64,000 nucleotides of DNA from Candidatus Poribacteria bacterium (GCA_965205025.1 CBDBFU010000032.1:1-64000), one strand, 5' to 3'; shown: positions 9,984 through 20,814, numbered from the stretch's first letter. Numbers and translations: made by a program. Notes: generated from the letters alone by a model not told the origin.

Positions 9984-11852
9984 CTAAAGGTGTTTTCGGA
10001 TATTTTCAGCAACACTACGAGGAATACCTTTCACTGAAAGGAGTTCATCCAGACTTGCATGTCGGATGGCATCAATTGATCCAAATTGTTGTAGTAATGC
10101 TTGTTTCCGTTTTGGTCCAATACTTGGAATCTCATCCAATACAGATGTGGTAAGGGCTTTCTGGCGGAGTTTACGATGGTATGTAACTGCAAACCTATGT
10201 GCCTCATCTCGTAAACGTTGAATTAGGTGTAAAGTTGGATTATCTTCCCGTAATACTATTGGATCAGGATTTCTTGGCAAGAAAATCTCTTCAATCCGTT
10301 TCGCAAGAGCAATCATTGGAATATGTGTTGGTATTGGTTCTAACTCAGACTGTGAAAACGTCTGTAATGCAGTCTGTGCAGCACTTAACTGTCCTTTCCC
10401 ACCATCAATCAATATCAAGTCTGGTAATTTGCTAAATTTTTTATCGCCACTCTCTGCACGTCGAAATCGTCTGGTCAATACCTCTTGCATCATGGCGTAA
10501 TCGTTTTGTCCTGATACAGTTCGTATCTTAAACTGCCGGTATTCACTTGACATAGGTTTTCCATCTTCCAATACGACCATAGATCCAACAGCATATCTAT
10601 CACCAAGATTTGAAATATCGTACGCTTCAATACGTCTAAGCGGATGATTTATCTCAAGAAGTTCCTGAAGTTCCACGAGTGCCGGATCAACATCGCTACT
10701 ATATACTACACTTTGTTCACGCTGCATGATAAGCACTTCTGCATTTTTCGTTGCTAATGTTTGAAGTTGTCGAAGCCTTCCTGCTCTCGGAACATGTAGA
10801 GAAACCTGATTCCCGCGTTTCTCGCTTAACCACTCTTGAATAAGATCTGAAGATTCTATAAGCATAGGTAATACAATTGTCTTTGGAACTAAAACTGCGT
10901 TCTGATAATACTGAGAAACAAAAGCACTCAAAGCAGTAGATATTAATTCAGGGTGAACATCATTTAGATAATAATGTTCACGTTCAAGTAGTTTTCCATC
11001 TCGCACATGTAATACTTGAACACATGCGACATCCCCCAGTCGATTCTGCAAGCCATGCTGAAATGCTGTTGCAATACCGATAACATCTTCATCAGCAGAT
11101 GATACTTTGTCAAGATTCTGTTGTGTGGTAACAGCATCCTGAACGTCCTTCAACATATCACGATATTTTGCTGCCTTCTCAAAATCTAAAGACTCTGCAG
11201 CATCTGTCATCTGCTGTTTTAGATCTTTTACGACAGCATTCGTATTCCCACCAAGAAACTGACACACTTTGCGAACTATCTTTTTATACTCTTTAACACT
11301 TACCTTATTAGCACACGGAGCAGGACATCTACCAATGTGGTAATCAAGACACTCACGATAGTTATTCCCATATTCCGTAAGAGGTAAACTACATGTACGG
11401 ATTGGAAACAATTTTGTCAATTGTTTCATAACTTGTCGGGTTGAACGGACACGTACAAATGGACCAAAAAACCGTGTTCCATCATTTTCCGTTTTTCTCG
11501 TAATCATAATACGAGGAAATGGTTCATTCGTAGTTACACGTAAAAATGGGTATCTTTTGTCATCCTTTAATTTTACGTTATAACGTGGTTGATGCGATTT
11601 AATAAGATTATTCTCAAGAATCAACGCTTCAATCTCATTACTCGTAACAATATAATCAACTTCAGTCACATAACGCATCATCTGTGCAGTCATAGGATTC
11701 TCGGATACACCACTTTGAAAATAGGAGCGTACTCTATTACGCAGATTAACTGCCTTTCCAATGTATATAGATGATCCATCGGAAGCTTTCATCAGGTATA
11801 CCCCTGGTGAACTTGGGAGAGATTGCCACAATTTCGGTTGATTATCCATCAT
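9984..11852 (-). CDS. uvrC: Excinuclease ABC subunit C
   Basis: GIY-YIG (PGVYLM...IYIGKAVNLRNRVRSYF), RIEAYDISN, LIDGGKGQL, RDEAHRFA and C-terminal HhH motifs. Confidence 0.98.
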   Translation of the reverse strand: MMDNQPKLWQSLPSSPGVYLMKASDGSSIYIGKAVNLRNRVRSYFQSGVSENPMTAQMMRYVTEVDYIVTSNEIEALILENNLIKSHQPRYNVKLKDDKRYPFLRVTTNEPFPRIMITRKTENDGTRFFGPFVRVRSTRQVMKQLTKLFPIRTCSLPLTEYGNNYRECLDYHIGRCPAPCANKVSVKEYKKIVRKVCQFLGGNTNAVVKDLKQQMTDAAESLDFEKAAKYRDMLKDVQDAVTTQQNLDKVSSADEDVIGIATAFQHGLQNRLGDVACVQVLHVRDGKLLEREHYYLNDVHPELISTALSAFVSQYYQNAVLVPKTIVLPMLIESSDLIQEWLSEKRGNQVSLHVPRAGRLRQLQTLATKNAEVLIMQREQSVVYSSDVDPALVELQELLEINHPLRRIEAYDISNLGDRYAVGSMVVLEDGKPMSSEYRQFKIRTVSGQNDYAMMQEVLTRRFRRAESGDKKFSKLPDLILIDGGKGQLSAAQTALQTFSQSELEPIPTHIPMIALAKRIEEIFLPRNPDPIVLREDNPTLHLIQRLRDEAHRFAVTYHRKLRQKALTTSVLDEIPSIGPKRKQALLQQFGSIDAIRHASLDELLSVKGIPRSVAENIRKHL

Positions 11853-11860
11853 TCCCTCAT

Positions 11861-12436
11861 TTATTCCACTAATTTCACCTTCGCATAAATTGCACGTAAA
11901 GCCAACTTACATTCAATTGAAGCTAACTGCATTACATCCTCTACTGAACGAAATACACTCAAAGACCATTCCTTACCTTTTCGTATATACTGTTCAACAT
12001 TCCTATTGTTCTGAGAGACCAGAACATACTCTTGTAAAGATACAAGGGTTTGATACGAAGCGAATTTTTCATTTCTATCATAGGTTTCAGTTGATGGGGA
12101 TAACACTTCTACTATAACTGTTGGATTGAGCAGTGTATCAAAATTATTGTCTTCAAAGTGTGGTTCATCACATACCACTACAACATCTGGGTATGTGTAT
12201 AATCCGGTACCACTAACTTTCACTCGCATATCATTAGTATAAACTTCACATGGGTGATCTAATAACTGAATATGAAGACCGCTGGATATATTGACAGTTA
12301 TAAGATTATGCTGACGGCTTGCACCCGGCATAGCAACAATATCACCATTGCGATATTCACTCTTGAAATCTGAGTCTCTTTCTTTTATAAGATATTCTTC
12401 AGGTGTATAGAGGGTTTTTGCTGTTGCAGTTGCCAT
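11861..12436 (-). CDS. Uma2/DUF820 family putative endonuclease
   Basis: YTPEEYL, MPGASRQHNLI, YPDVVVVC, EVLSPST and LQEYVLVSQ. Confidence 0.9.
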   Translation of the reverse strand: MATATAKTLYTPEEYLIKERDSDFKSEYRNGDIVAMPGASRQHNLITVNISSGLHIQLLDHPCEVYTNDMRVKVSGTGLYTYPDVVVVCDEPHFEDNNFDTLLNPTVIVEVLSPSTETYDRNEKFASYQTLVSLQEYVLVSQNNRNVEQYIRKGKEWSLSVFRSVEDVMQLASIECKLALRAIYAKVKLVE

Positions 12437-12467
12437 ATTCTCACCTTATCAACATTAAGATTCATAT

Positions 12468-13160
12468 TCACAATTTCTTATATAGTTTACGGAAGATCTC
12501 TCTACCTTCTCTCTGATACTTTAATTCAAAATTAGTGGTGATATTTTCATACCCAGTAAATTCTGAAGGGTGTAGATTCGTCCACTTAGAAAGTCTTTCC
12601 TGTATCTCACTGAAATACTCAGCAAAATCTGTTACAACATATAATCTTCCTACATTTGATTTGAGTGTTTGCATAATAGCAGAGAGAAACTCCTTATTCC
12701 GGAATATCCTTCGTTTCTGTTGACGTGCCTTCGGCCACGGATCAGGAAAGTAGATATGATAGGCTTGTATTGATTCCTCAGGTACATACCTTGACAAAAA
12801 GTAATTAGCATCAGTCCAGACTAATCTCACATTCTCAAATACCCCCGAACTTTTATCAATAGTGTAATGACGGATATATTTCTTAAAACGCTCATGTGTA
12901 ATCTCAACATACTTTTTTGCCCGTTCAACACCAATATAATTGATCCTCCGATTCTGTCTTGATACTTCAAGTAGAAATCGACCCTTCCCAAAACCAATCT
13001 CAATTTCTACAGGATATGTATTTCCAAACAGTGTTTTCAAATCGATCGGAGTAGATAAATCCTGTAGAGAAGTCGATTTATCACATATCACATCAATTAT
13101 TTTAGAATAATAGGTGGTTTTTCTATAAAAGGTATCGTTGTAACGCGGTTCAGCATTCAT
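12468..13160 (-). CDS. trmB: tRNA (guanine-N7)-methyltransferase
   Basis: EIGFGKGRFL, YFPDPWPK, VTDFAEY and TNFELKY. Confidence 0.92.
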   Translation of the reverse strand: MNAEPRYNDTFYRKTTYYSKIIDVICDKSTSLQDLSTPIDLKTLFGNTYPVEIEIGFGKGRFLLEVSRQNRRINYIGVERAKKYVEITHERFKKYIRHYTIDKSSGVFENVRLVWTDANYFLSRYVPEESIQAYHIYFPDPWPKARQQKRRIFRNKEFLSAIMQTLKSNVGRLYVVTDFAEYFSEIQERLSKWTNLHPSEFTGYENITTNFELKYQREGREIFRKLYKKL

Positions 13161-13919
13161 GACTCGCTCTTCAAGAATTTATGAAGATGTGACTTAATCA
13201 AATTATCCTCAGGTTTATAACCTAATACCTCAATTGCCCCAGTGATGTCAAGATAACCTTGCTGATATCCATCTGTATTCGCAGAACGGCCATAAGTTAT
13301 TAGATATTTGATAGGTCCATCGTAATCTACTGCAAGACTAAAGAGTTGGACGCAATCTCGTGGTGTTAAAAGTGTACTGCAGTGTCTTAGACCATTAGGT
13401 TCATAGGTGCCATTATAACTCCCTATTCTAATACTGATAAACCGCATATCATGAGCATCAACCAGATAACGACCAGCAATCTCAGCCATTCCTTTCATAG
13501 CACCATACCAACCATCAGGACGAAACTGGTCTCCAGTAGAGAACCGTGGTGGAGAACTCAGTCGTTCGTTCCATCCAGACACATGATTTGTACTTGCATA
13601 AACTATTTTTTTAACCCCACATTCACGTGCTGCCTCAAACAGATTCATTGATGCCCCTATATCACTTACCTCACCTGGAACTTTACCAAGTGAATCCTGC
13701 TTTATATAGGCTAAATGCACCAACACATCCTGATTTGTGCACAAATCTCTCATTGTAGCGTAATCTTTAATATCAGCTTCCTCTACTCTGGATGTTGATC
13801 CTTTGATAGAATTAATATCCATCAATGTTAATATATAATTGTCTTGTTTTTCCCATGCCTGCCAGAGAGTTGTTCCTACAGTTCCAGGCTGCACCTGTTA
13901 TGAGTACTCGTTGTTTCAT
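13157..13919 (-). pseudogene. NAD-dependent epimerase/dehydratase (uronate dehydrogenase-like) with a +1 frameshift near codon 11
   Basis: ATG at 13919 gives MKQRVLITGAA; one extra base breaks the GAAGTVG Rossmann motif; the downstream frame has VYASTNH and YGAMKG. May be a sequencing error. Confidence 0.75.
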
Positions 13920-13926
13920 AGTTGAT

Positions 13927-16626
13927 CTACTCTTCTGTTGGCAATTTTGCCAGTATTTGTTCTCGAACATTCTGCGGATCTGAAACAGGTTGGACATAAA
14001 ATCTATCAATCGCTTGTCCACCCAAACCTGAACATCTACACATCTCAACATTTAATTCTAATTCAGCAAGAATCCCACTAAAATAGTGCAGAAATCCTAC
14101 CTTCTCTTCACCAGTAACAACAATTTCGGTATAATTCCTTGCTGTTTCAACAACGACATCATCTACACGCCAAGTTCCACTTGTATCAATGTAATGTCGT
14201 TCAAAAATCTGTTCAAGAGAAACCTCTTGTGCCATTAGACTTCGGATATCAAAATCTAAATCCCGTTTTAATTCTTCATCAAGTGGGAGTGGTTCAGCAA
14301 CCGTATGCGGAGGTTGATGAACTAACCTATATATTTCTAATTCCACACTTGTATCCTGTTTTGTATAAACCCGAGCATCCTGTACATCTATGTTATTTGC
14401 ATAGAACAAACCACTTACTGTATGCAACTTTCCTACCCTACTATATCCGCATAGATGTAATTCTGTAAATCCTTGCTTATCTACAAATTGAAGTATTGCT
14501 GCACTTGGAATAATATCTAAATTCTCTGAGTTTGTTGCTTCAGCTTGTCCAATCATTTTCATATGCATGGAAATCTCTTCTGGAGCAACTCCAATACGAT
14601 ATGTAACCGGCATATGATGAAGAAATTCTTGAAATTCTTCTGGTGGGGCATGTGTCCCCCACTGAGATTCCTCTTGACCACCTAATCGTACACGAACCAC
14701 CTCATACAATCGCTTAAGATTGTGTTTAGCAAGGTTATTAAAATTCTGGGATCCATTTGCTTTAGAATCACAATATGTTAACAAATAGAGAGAACATAAT
14801 CTCTCAAGAGAATTAACTTTACTACAAAAATCAGTTATTGTACTTTCATCCCAATGATGATAACGAGCTAAAGTAATCATGGTTAGATGTTCACGAATTA
14901 AAAACGAAATCTCTTCGGTCTGTTGAGAGTTATACCCAAATTCTGGTGCAATACGCTTTGCTTTTTCTGCGCCAGTTTCAGGGTGTGTAGGATCAGGTTT
15001 ATCAATATCATGAAGGAAGAGAGCCATATACAGTACAGTTGGATCAGAAAGTGTTCGTAAAACAGTATTTAACTCCTCCAATTCAGAAACAGTAGATGTA
15101 GTTGAATGTTGACCAAACTGCGGACCTCCAAATGGACTACCCGATTCAGTTCTACGGATCTCATCGAGATATCCTATTGCAATGAGAGTGTGTTTCCCTA
15201 CAGTATACGGATCAAGGCTTCGTTCACTCCGAGTCATCATAGCTTGTTCAAAACGTGCACCACCTTCACCAAGTCTTGCTAATATACCAAGTCTATGTAA
15301 ACGAGTGAAGGTCTTTTCAACATTCCCAGGTGTATTAATAAGTTCTGAGATTCTTGATTTGAACCTATCCAAGTCAAAGGCATCAACATAAGCGAAAATG
15401 AAAGTCGCAAGCGATGGATCAATCTCAAAGTCATACTGTTGAAAATAGGTGAAAAGCCTAAACAGTTCATCGGTATCAAGTTCACCGAAATTATTATCAA
15501 TACAATATAAGACATCTGTACGGACACCTAACACATCAGAAACGGGAATACCGTTGGCAAGGAATTTACGGATTAGGAGTTCAGCTTTAAAATGTAAATA
15601 CTTAGCCGTTGCATAATAATCTGACATAAAATCATAATGATTCTCATCAGTCTCATCGGAATACCCCAATGCCGTGGCTATTTGACACTGTAATGTATCA
15701 TCTTGTTCTGGTTGATAGGAAAGGGAGTCGTGCGGAGCATTAGCTAACACATGAAGTAAATTCCTTACCTTGAACATGAAATCGAGTGATGGTTTTAATT
15801 GGTCATCATCATATCGTTCATAAAGTTCAAGTATTGGGGTGAAATCACGTAATCCACACATCCAAAGAGCATACTGGAGTGTCCTTAGTCCTCCACGACC
15901 AGTTTTTATATCTGGCTGATTAAGATATATAGTATCTTCAGACGCTTTAAAAGAATCTGCCTTAGATTGAAGTAAATCTAAAACAAGTGATATGTCAGAC
16001 TTTTCTGAATAAACTGCCTTTCTAAACTTTTCCGTGAGTGTTGAATCACCAACAATAAAACGCATATCAATTAATGCCGTCATATCCTGATAATTCCACT
16101 TGGCTATATCATCCATCGGTCGATAAATAAAACTGAATTCAAAACCCGGAATTACGGAATGTAAACTGTCAAAAAAGTCATAATACCATCGTATAAGTTC
16201 CAATGTTCCTTCATCATATACATCCTCTAAATCCACTGATGATGTATATACTACATCCACATCTGAATAGTAACATAATTCATGCCTACCGTAACTCCCT
16301 ACCCCATATAACGCCACATCCGGCAACCATTCTTCTGATAGTTCAGCATGAAGGTCACTTGATTTTACTTCGGGAATTTTCAGTAGTTCTTCAACCTGTT
16401 TAGTATATTCAGATTGAATTTGAAATGAAGCCACCTCATAGACTTTACGTAATACTGTATCCCATATCTGGGTATGTAACGAACACGCAGAAAAACCGCT
16501 TTCTCCAGTCAGAATCTGTTCTTTAAGTTGCTCTCGTTCAGATTGAATGAACGCACCTAATTGTTGTCTCAATACTTCCTGAGAAATATCCAAATTTGGA
16601 ACGTATTGAAGTATACGGTTTTCCAT
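13927..16626 (-). CDS. glnD: [Protein-PII] uridylyltransferase/uridylyl-removing enzyme-like protein
   Basis: GSYGRHELCYYSDVD nucleotidyltransferase motif, PDIKTGRGGLR, YTVGKHTL, HD domain (LHDIDK) and C-terminal ACT-like regions. Confidence 0.8.
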   Translation of the reverse strand: MENRILQYVPNLDISQEVLRQQLGAFIQSEREQLKEQILTGESGFSACSLHTQIWDTVLRKVYEVASFQIQSEYTKQVEELLKIPEVKSSDLHAELSEEWLPDVALYGVGSYGRHELCYYSDVDVVYTSSVDLEDVYDEGTLELIRWYYDFFDSLHSVIPGFEFSFIYRPMDDIAKWNYQDMTALIDMRFIVGDSTLTEKFRKAVYSEKSDISLVLDLLQSKADSFKASEDTIYLNQPDIKTGRGGLRTLQYALWMCGLRDFTPILELYERYDDDQLKPSLDFMFKVRNLLHVLANAPHDSLSYQPEQDDTLQCQIATALGYSDETDENHYDFMSDYYATAKYLHFKAELLIRKFLANGIPVSDVLGVRTDVLYCIDNNFGELDTDELFRLFTYFQQYDFEIDPSLATFIFAYVDAFDLDRFKSRISELINTPGNVEKTFTRLHRLGILARLGEGGARFEQAMMTRSERSLDPYTVGKHTLIAIGYLDEIRRTESGSPFGGPQFGQHSTTSTVSELEELNTVLRTLSDPTVLYMALFLHDIDKPDPTHPETGAEKAKRIAPEFGYNSQQTEEISFLIREHLTMITLARYHHWDESTITDFCSKVNSLERLCSLYLLTYCDSKANGSQNFNNLAKHNLKRLYEVVRVRLGGQEESQWGTHAPPEEFQEFLHHMPVTYRIGVAPEEISMHMKMIGQAEATNSENLDIIPSAAILQFVDKQGFTELHLCGYSRVGKLHTVSGLFYANNIDVQDARVYTKQDTSVELEIYRLVHQPPHTVAEPLPLDEELKRDLDFDIRSLMAQEVSLEQIFERHYIDTSGTWRVDDVVVETARNYTEIVVTGEEKVGFLHYFSGILAELELNVEMCRCSGLGGQAIDRFYVQPVSDPQNVREQILAKLPTEE

Positions 16627-16917
16627 TTATCAGCAGTCTTCCTTAGGGGTTTTTATATTTTGAAAGGATTCGTGATATGTCTGGAATTTTATGTCTCTAT
16701 TTTGTGAATTATACACTGATTGTGTTTTTAAGACAATATCTTTCTATGAAGTAAATCAACTATATATACCTGTTATCAACATAAAACTGCAGACCCACTT
16801 ATATATAAACAATGCTTATTGATGTCTTTTTTCTTGACACACTTTATAGAGGTTGGTAATATGAAAAAGTTCCTTTCATAATAACTTGATTCTACACTAA
16901 ATAAGGAGATATCACCA

Positions 16918-17706
16918 ATGAACGAAGACCAAAAATACCTTTTTGACTTGACGGGATATCTAATTGTAGAAAACGCACTCTCGGCAGAAGAGGTGGACCA
17001 GTGTAACGCAGCTATTGACCACCATATTGAAGGACTCAGAGAACGTGAAAGTTCTTTAGCAGGTGGTTCAGATGCACTCTCCGGTACTGCTCATCGTATG
17101 GATATGGGTGGTATGTTGGCATGGGAAAAACCTTGGTGTGAACCTTTTCGAGAGCTATTAATCCATCCAAATATAAGACCCCATCTTGAAGAAATCTTAG
17201 GTATGAAATATAGACTTGACCACGGTCCAGGATTAATCGCCATGGAGAATGGTACTGAAGGAGGCACTCTACATGGTGGTGGAATTGAAAGACCTAATTT
17301 CTCCGAAGCTTATTTCTTTAAATATGGTCGTATTTATACCGGTCTTACCGTAGTTGAATACATGCTTGCTGATGAAGGTCCCGGTGATGGTGGTTTAGCA
17401 ATAATTCCAGGAAGTCATAAAGCTAATCTACCTTGTCCAACAACTATGAAACGATACGAACAATATCAGAACTTAGTGGAGGAAGTTAATGCTAAGAAAG
17501 GTGATGCCGTCATTTTCACTGAGACACTAACACACGGAACACTTCCGTGGACCGCTTCCCACCAACGTCGCGCATTACTTTATAAGTTCAGTCCTGGTTT
17601 TCAATCCTATGGGATCGGAGCACATACTGTTGTATATCCTGACTATATTGAAGATATGACACCAGACCAGCGAGAAGTCATGGAAGCACCACATATAAGA
17701 CGATAA
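16918..17706 (+). CDS. Phytanoyl-CoA dioxygenase (PhyH) family Fe/2OG enzyme
   Basis: FDLTGYLIVENAL, GGLAIIPGSHK, GDAVIFTETLTHGT and RRALLYKF. Confidence 0.88.
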   Translation: MNEDQKYLFDLTGYLIVENALSAEEVDQCNAAIDHHIEGLRERESSLAGGSDALSGTAHRMDMGGMLAWEKPWCEPFRELLIHPNIRPHLEEILGMKYRLDHGPGLIAMENGTEGGTLHGGGIERPNFSEAYFFKYGRIYTGLTVVEYMLADEGPGDGGLAIIPGSHKANLPCPTTMKRYEQYQNLVEEVNAKKGDAVIFTETLTHGTLPWTASHQRRALLYKFSPGFQSYGIGAHTVVYPDYIEDMTPDQREVMEAPHIRR

Positions 17707-17717
17707 TGGAGTACATA

Positions 17718-18662
17718 ATGGCAAACCTAAGAGTTGCAGTTATTGGGTGTGGCAGTCGTGGACGCGGGCATATGAAAATACTTTCAGATTTTGAGGATAC
17801 GGATCTAATTGCAATATGTGATCCGATAGAAGGGGCACGAAATAACGCCGGCGATGCATTCAATATTTCAAAACGTTATGAGACGATTGAAGCAATGTTG
17901 GATAATGAATCACCTGATGCAATTTTCGTTGCTACTCCTGCTCATCTCAACGCAGAAGCAGCACTTCCTTGTTTTGAACGAGGAATCAACACTTTACTTG
18001 AAAAACCGCCAGGAATGAGTGTTTCTGAAACTATCGTCCTAAGAGATACTGCCAAAAGAACTAATGCTAAAGGGATGGTTGGTTGGAACCGACGGTTTCA
18101 CCCTATAATTGTACAAGCAAAACACATGGTAAAGGAACGTGGTAATATCACACAATTAGTAGGTGAATTTCATAAGAGTATTACACGGTTAGCTCAATCA
18201 GGTAGGTTCCCTGAACATCTTATGGATAATATGTTCCTTGAAACACCTATTCATGCATTGGATACAATCCGTTATTTAGCTGAAGCAGATGTCAAAGAAG
18301 TTCATAGTGTTGTTCAACGTACTATATCAAAGTACAAAGATGTTCATGCTGCCTTGATACTCTTTGAAAATGGTTGTGTTGCACAACACATTGCAAACTA
18401 CACCACGGATGCGCGTCTTGAAAGATACGAGATACACGGTAGAGACATCTCAGCATATCTTGAAGGCGTTTCACACGGAAATGTCTTTTGTGATGGTACA
18501 AAGCATGAATTGACTGAACCGGGTAGCGGAGGAACGGTAGAGCAAAATAGGTATTTCCTTGATTGTGTTAAATCTGATACTCCCGTTTCACTTCCTGCAG
18601 CCAATTTGGACGAAGCAGTAAAAACTATGCAACTTGCGGAAGATATTTTAAGTGGAATATAG
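17718..18662 (+). CDS. Gfo/Idh/MocA oxidoreductase
   Basis: VIGCGSRG Rossmann motif, LEKPP, GWNRRF and IHALD. Confidence 0.9.
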   Translation: MANLRVAVIGCGSRGRGHMKILSDFEDTDLIAICDPIEGARNNAGDAFNISKRYETIEAMLDNESPDAIFVATPAHLNAEAALPCFERGINTLLEKPPGMSVSETIVLRDTAKRTNAKGMVGWNRRFHPIIVQAKHMVKERGNITQLVGEFHKSITRLAQSGRFPEHLMDNMFLETPIHALDTIRYLAEADVKEVHSVVQRTISKYKDVHAALILFENGCVAQHIANYTTDARLERYEIHGRDISAYLEGVSHGNVFCDGTKHELTEPGSGGTVEQNRYFLDCVKSDTPVSLPAANLDEAVKTMQLAEDILSGI

Positions 18663-18702
18663 TAGGCATTCGTGTTATACGTTTTAGGAGGAAAACTTTC
18701 TC

Positions 18703-20631
18703 ATGAAAAACAAACTATTTTTTATTTTAACTGTTCTTTTGACGATATTTGCCTTTACTTTAAACACCTTCGCTCAAGACCACACACGTTTGGGGTTACC
18801 CGAAGGCGCGAAAATGCGGATTGGTAAAGGACATAAACGCCAAATCGTATATTCCCCAGACGGTTCTAAACTGGCAGTGGCGAGTAGCATCGGTGTTTGG
18901 ATATATGATGTACAAACAGGTGAAGAACTGGACCTTTATATTGGACATACAGAACCTGTCACAAGTGTAGCGTTCAGTCCGGATGGAAACACACTCGCAA
19001 GTGGAAGTGAGGACACCACAAGTCGTCTGTGGGATGTTGATACTGGCGAAGAAAAGAGAATACTCAGCGAACGTATATCGAAGGTCTTTAGCGTAGCGTT
19101 CAGTCCGGATGGGAACACACTCGCAAGTGGAACCAGCAACTGGACCATTACTCTGTGGGATGTTGCAAGTGAAAGAAATAAAAGAAATGATATGCTCACA
19201 GGACATGCAGGATATGTCTTTAGCGTAGCGTTCAGTCTGGATGGAAACACACTTGCAAGTGGAAGTGAAGACAATACCATTCGTCTGTGGGATGTTGATA
19301 CTGGCGAAGAAAAGAGAATACTCAAAGGACATACAAAGATTGTCACAAGTGTAGCGTTCAGTCTGGATGGAAACACACTCGCAAGTGGAAGTTCTGACAC
19401 TACAAGTCGTCTGTGGGATGTTGATACAGGTGAAGAAAAGAAAATACTCAACGAACATATATCGATGGTCTCTAGCGTAGCGTTCAGTCCGGATGGGAAC
19501 ACAATCGCAAGTGGAGGTGATGACAGCATCATTCGTCTGTTGGAAGTTGATACTGGTGAAGTAAAGAGAATACTCACAGGACATACAGGATATGTCATAA
19601 GCGTAGCGTTCAGTCCGAATGGAAACACAATCGCAAGTGCAAGTAGGGACAGCACCATTCGTCTGTTGGAAGTTGATACTGGCGAAGTAAAGAGAATACT
19701 CACAGGACATACAGAACCTGTCACAAGTGTAGCGTTCAGTCCGGATGGAAACACAATCGCAAGTGGAGGAAGGGGCGGCATCATTCGGCTGCGGGAAGTT
19801 GATACTGGCGAAGAAAAGAGAATGCTCACAGGACTTGGAGGATATGTCATAAACGTAGTGTTCAGTCCGGATGGAAACACAATCGCAAGTGGAAGTGTGG
19901 ATGGCATCATTCGTCTGTTGGATGTTGATACTGGCAAAGAAAAGAGAATACTCACAGGACATACAGAACCTGTCGCAAGTGTAGCGTTCAGTCCGGATGG
20001 AAACACACTTGCAAATGTAAGTGTGGATAGCAACATTCGTCTGTTGGATGTTGATACAGGCGAAACAAAGAGAATACTCAAAGGACATACGAAAGGGGTC
20101 TATAGCGTAGCGTTCAGTCCGGATGGAAACACACTCGCAAGTGCAGGAAGGGGCGGCAACATTCGTCTGTGGGATGTTGATACTGGCGAAGAAAAGAGAA
20201 TACTCAAAGGACATACAGATGACAAGAATAAGCCAGTAGAGGTCTTTAGTGTAGCGTTCAGTCCGGATGGAAACACACTCGCAAGTGCAGGAAGGGGCGG
20301 CATCATTCGTCTGTGGGATGTTGATACTGGCGAAGAAAAGAGAATACTCATTACACCTGCAGAATCTGCCACAAGTGTAGCGTTCAGTCCGGATGGAAAC
20401 ACACTCGCAAGTGGATGTGGGGAGTACACCAATGCTGTGTTGGATAGAGACTACACTATTCGTCTGTGGGATGTTGATACTGGCGAAGAAAAGAGAATAC
20501 TCAAAGGACATACAGGAAATGTCACAAGTGTAGTGTTCAGTCCGGATGGAAACACAATCGCAAGTGGAAGTGAAGACGGTACCATTCTCTTATGGGATAA
20601 CAATTCCCGATATGATGAAACTGATGATTAG
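18703..20631 (+). CDS. Secreted WD40-repeat protein with 14 repeats (two 7-bladed propellers inferred)
   Basis: Signal peptide ending TFAQD; 14 copies of S(P/L)(D/N)G...W/L(D/E)V, most with GH...V.SVAFSPDGNT(L/I)AS...IRLWDV; ~126-bp DNA repeat unit. Confidence 0.95.
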   Translation: MKNKLFFILTVLLTIFAFTLNTFAQDHTRLGLPEGAKMRIGKGHKRQIVYSPDGSKLAVASSIGVWIYDVQTGEELDLYIGHTEPVTSVAFSPDGNTLASGSEDTTSRLWDVDTGEEKRILSERISKVFSVAFSPDGNTLASGTSNWTITLWDVASERNKRNDMLTGHAGYVFSVAFSLDGNTLASGSEDNTIRLWDVDTGEEKRILKGHTKIVTSVAFSLDGNTLASGSSDTTSRLWDVDTGEEKKILNEHISMVSSVAFSPDGNTIASGGDDSIIRLLEVDTGEVKRILTGHTGYVISVAFSPNGNTIASASRDSTIRLLEVDTGEVKRILTGHTEPVTSVAFSPDGNTIASGGRGGIIRLREVDTGEEKRMLTGLGGYVINVVFSPDGNTIASGSVDGIIRLLDVDTGKEKRILTGHTEPVASVAFSPDGNTLANVSVDSNIRLLDVDTGETKRILKGHTKGVYSVAFSPDGNTLASAGRGGNIRLWDVDTGEEKRILKGHTDDKNKPVEVFSVAFSPDGNTLASAGRGGIIRLWDVDTGEEKRILITPAESATSVAFSPDGNTLASGCGEYTNAVLDRDYTIRLWDVDTGEEKRILKGHTGNVTSVVFSPDGNTIASGSEDGTILLWDNNSRYDETDD

Positions 20632-20811
20632 AAAGATATAGATGAGCTGTTTTCTGTCGAGTCACGCGGCAAGAAACTTGTCACACTCGGTCAGATAAAG
20701 CGTACCCAACTGTTCCAAAACTATCCAAACCCATTCAACCCGGAGACGTGGATACATTATCGTTTAGAAAATGCCAGTGACGTGCAGATTACGATTTATG
20801 ATGCGCGTAGC
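20632..20811 (+). pseudogene. Detached and truncated C-terminal sorting-like domain of the WD40 gene
   Basis: In frame after TAG 20629-20631: KDIDELFSVESRGKKLVTLGQIKRTQLFQNYPNPFNPETWIHYRLENASDVQITIYDARS, then broken at a GTAG REP. Confidence 0.8.
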
Positions 20812-20814
20812 TTT

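Noticed and set aside
18796-20511. Long minus-strand ORFs (571 aa and 381 aa) with Cys-rich repeats
   Set aside because: Antisense shadows of the WD40 tandem repeats; a stop-free repeat unit stays open in other frames
18940-20600. WD40 DNA repeats as a CRISPR array or DGR target
   Set aside because: The repeats are in-frame coding units; no cas genes, reverse transcriptase or separate template repeat are in the window, and the variation is not obviously adenine-specific
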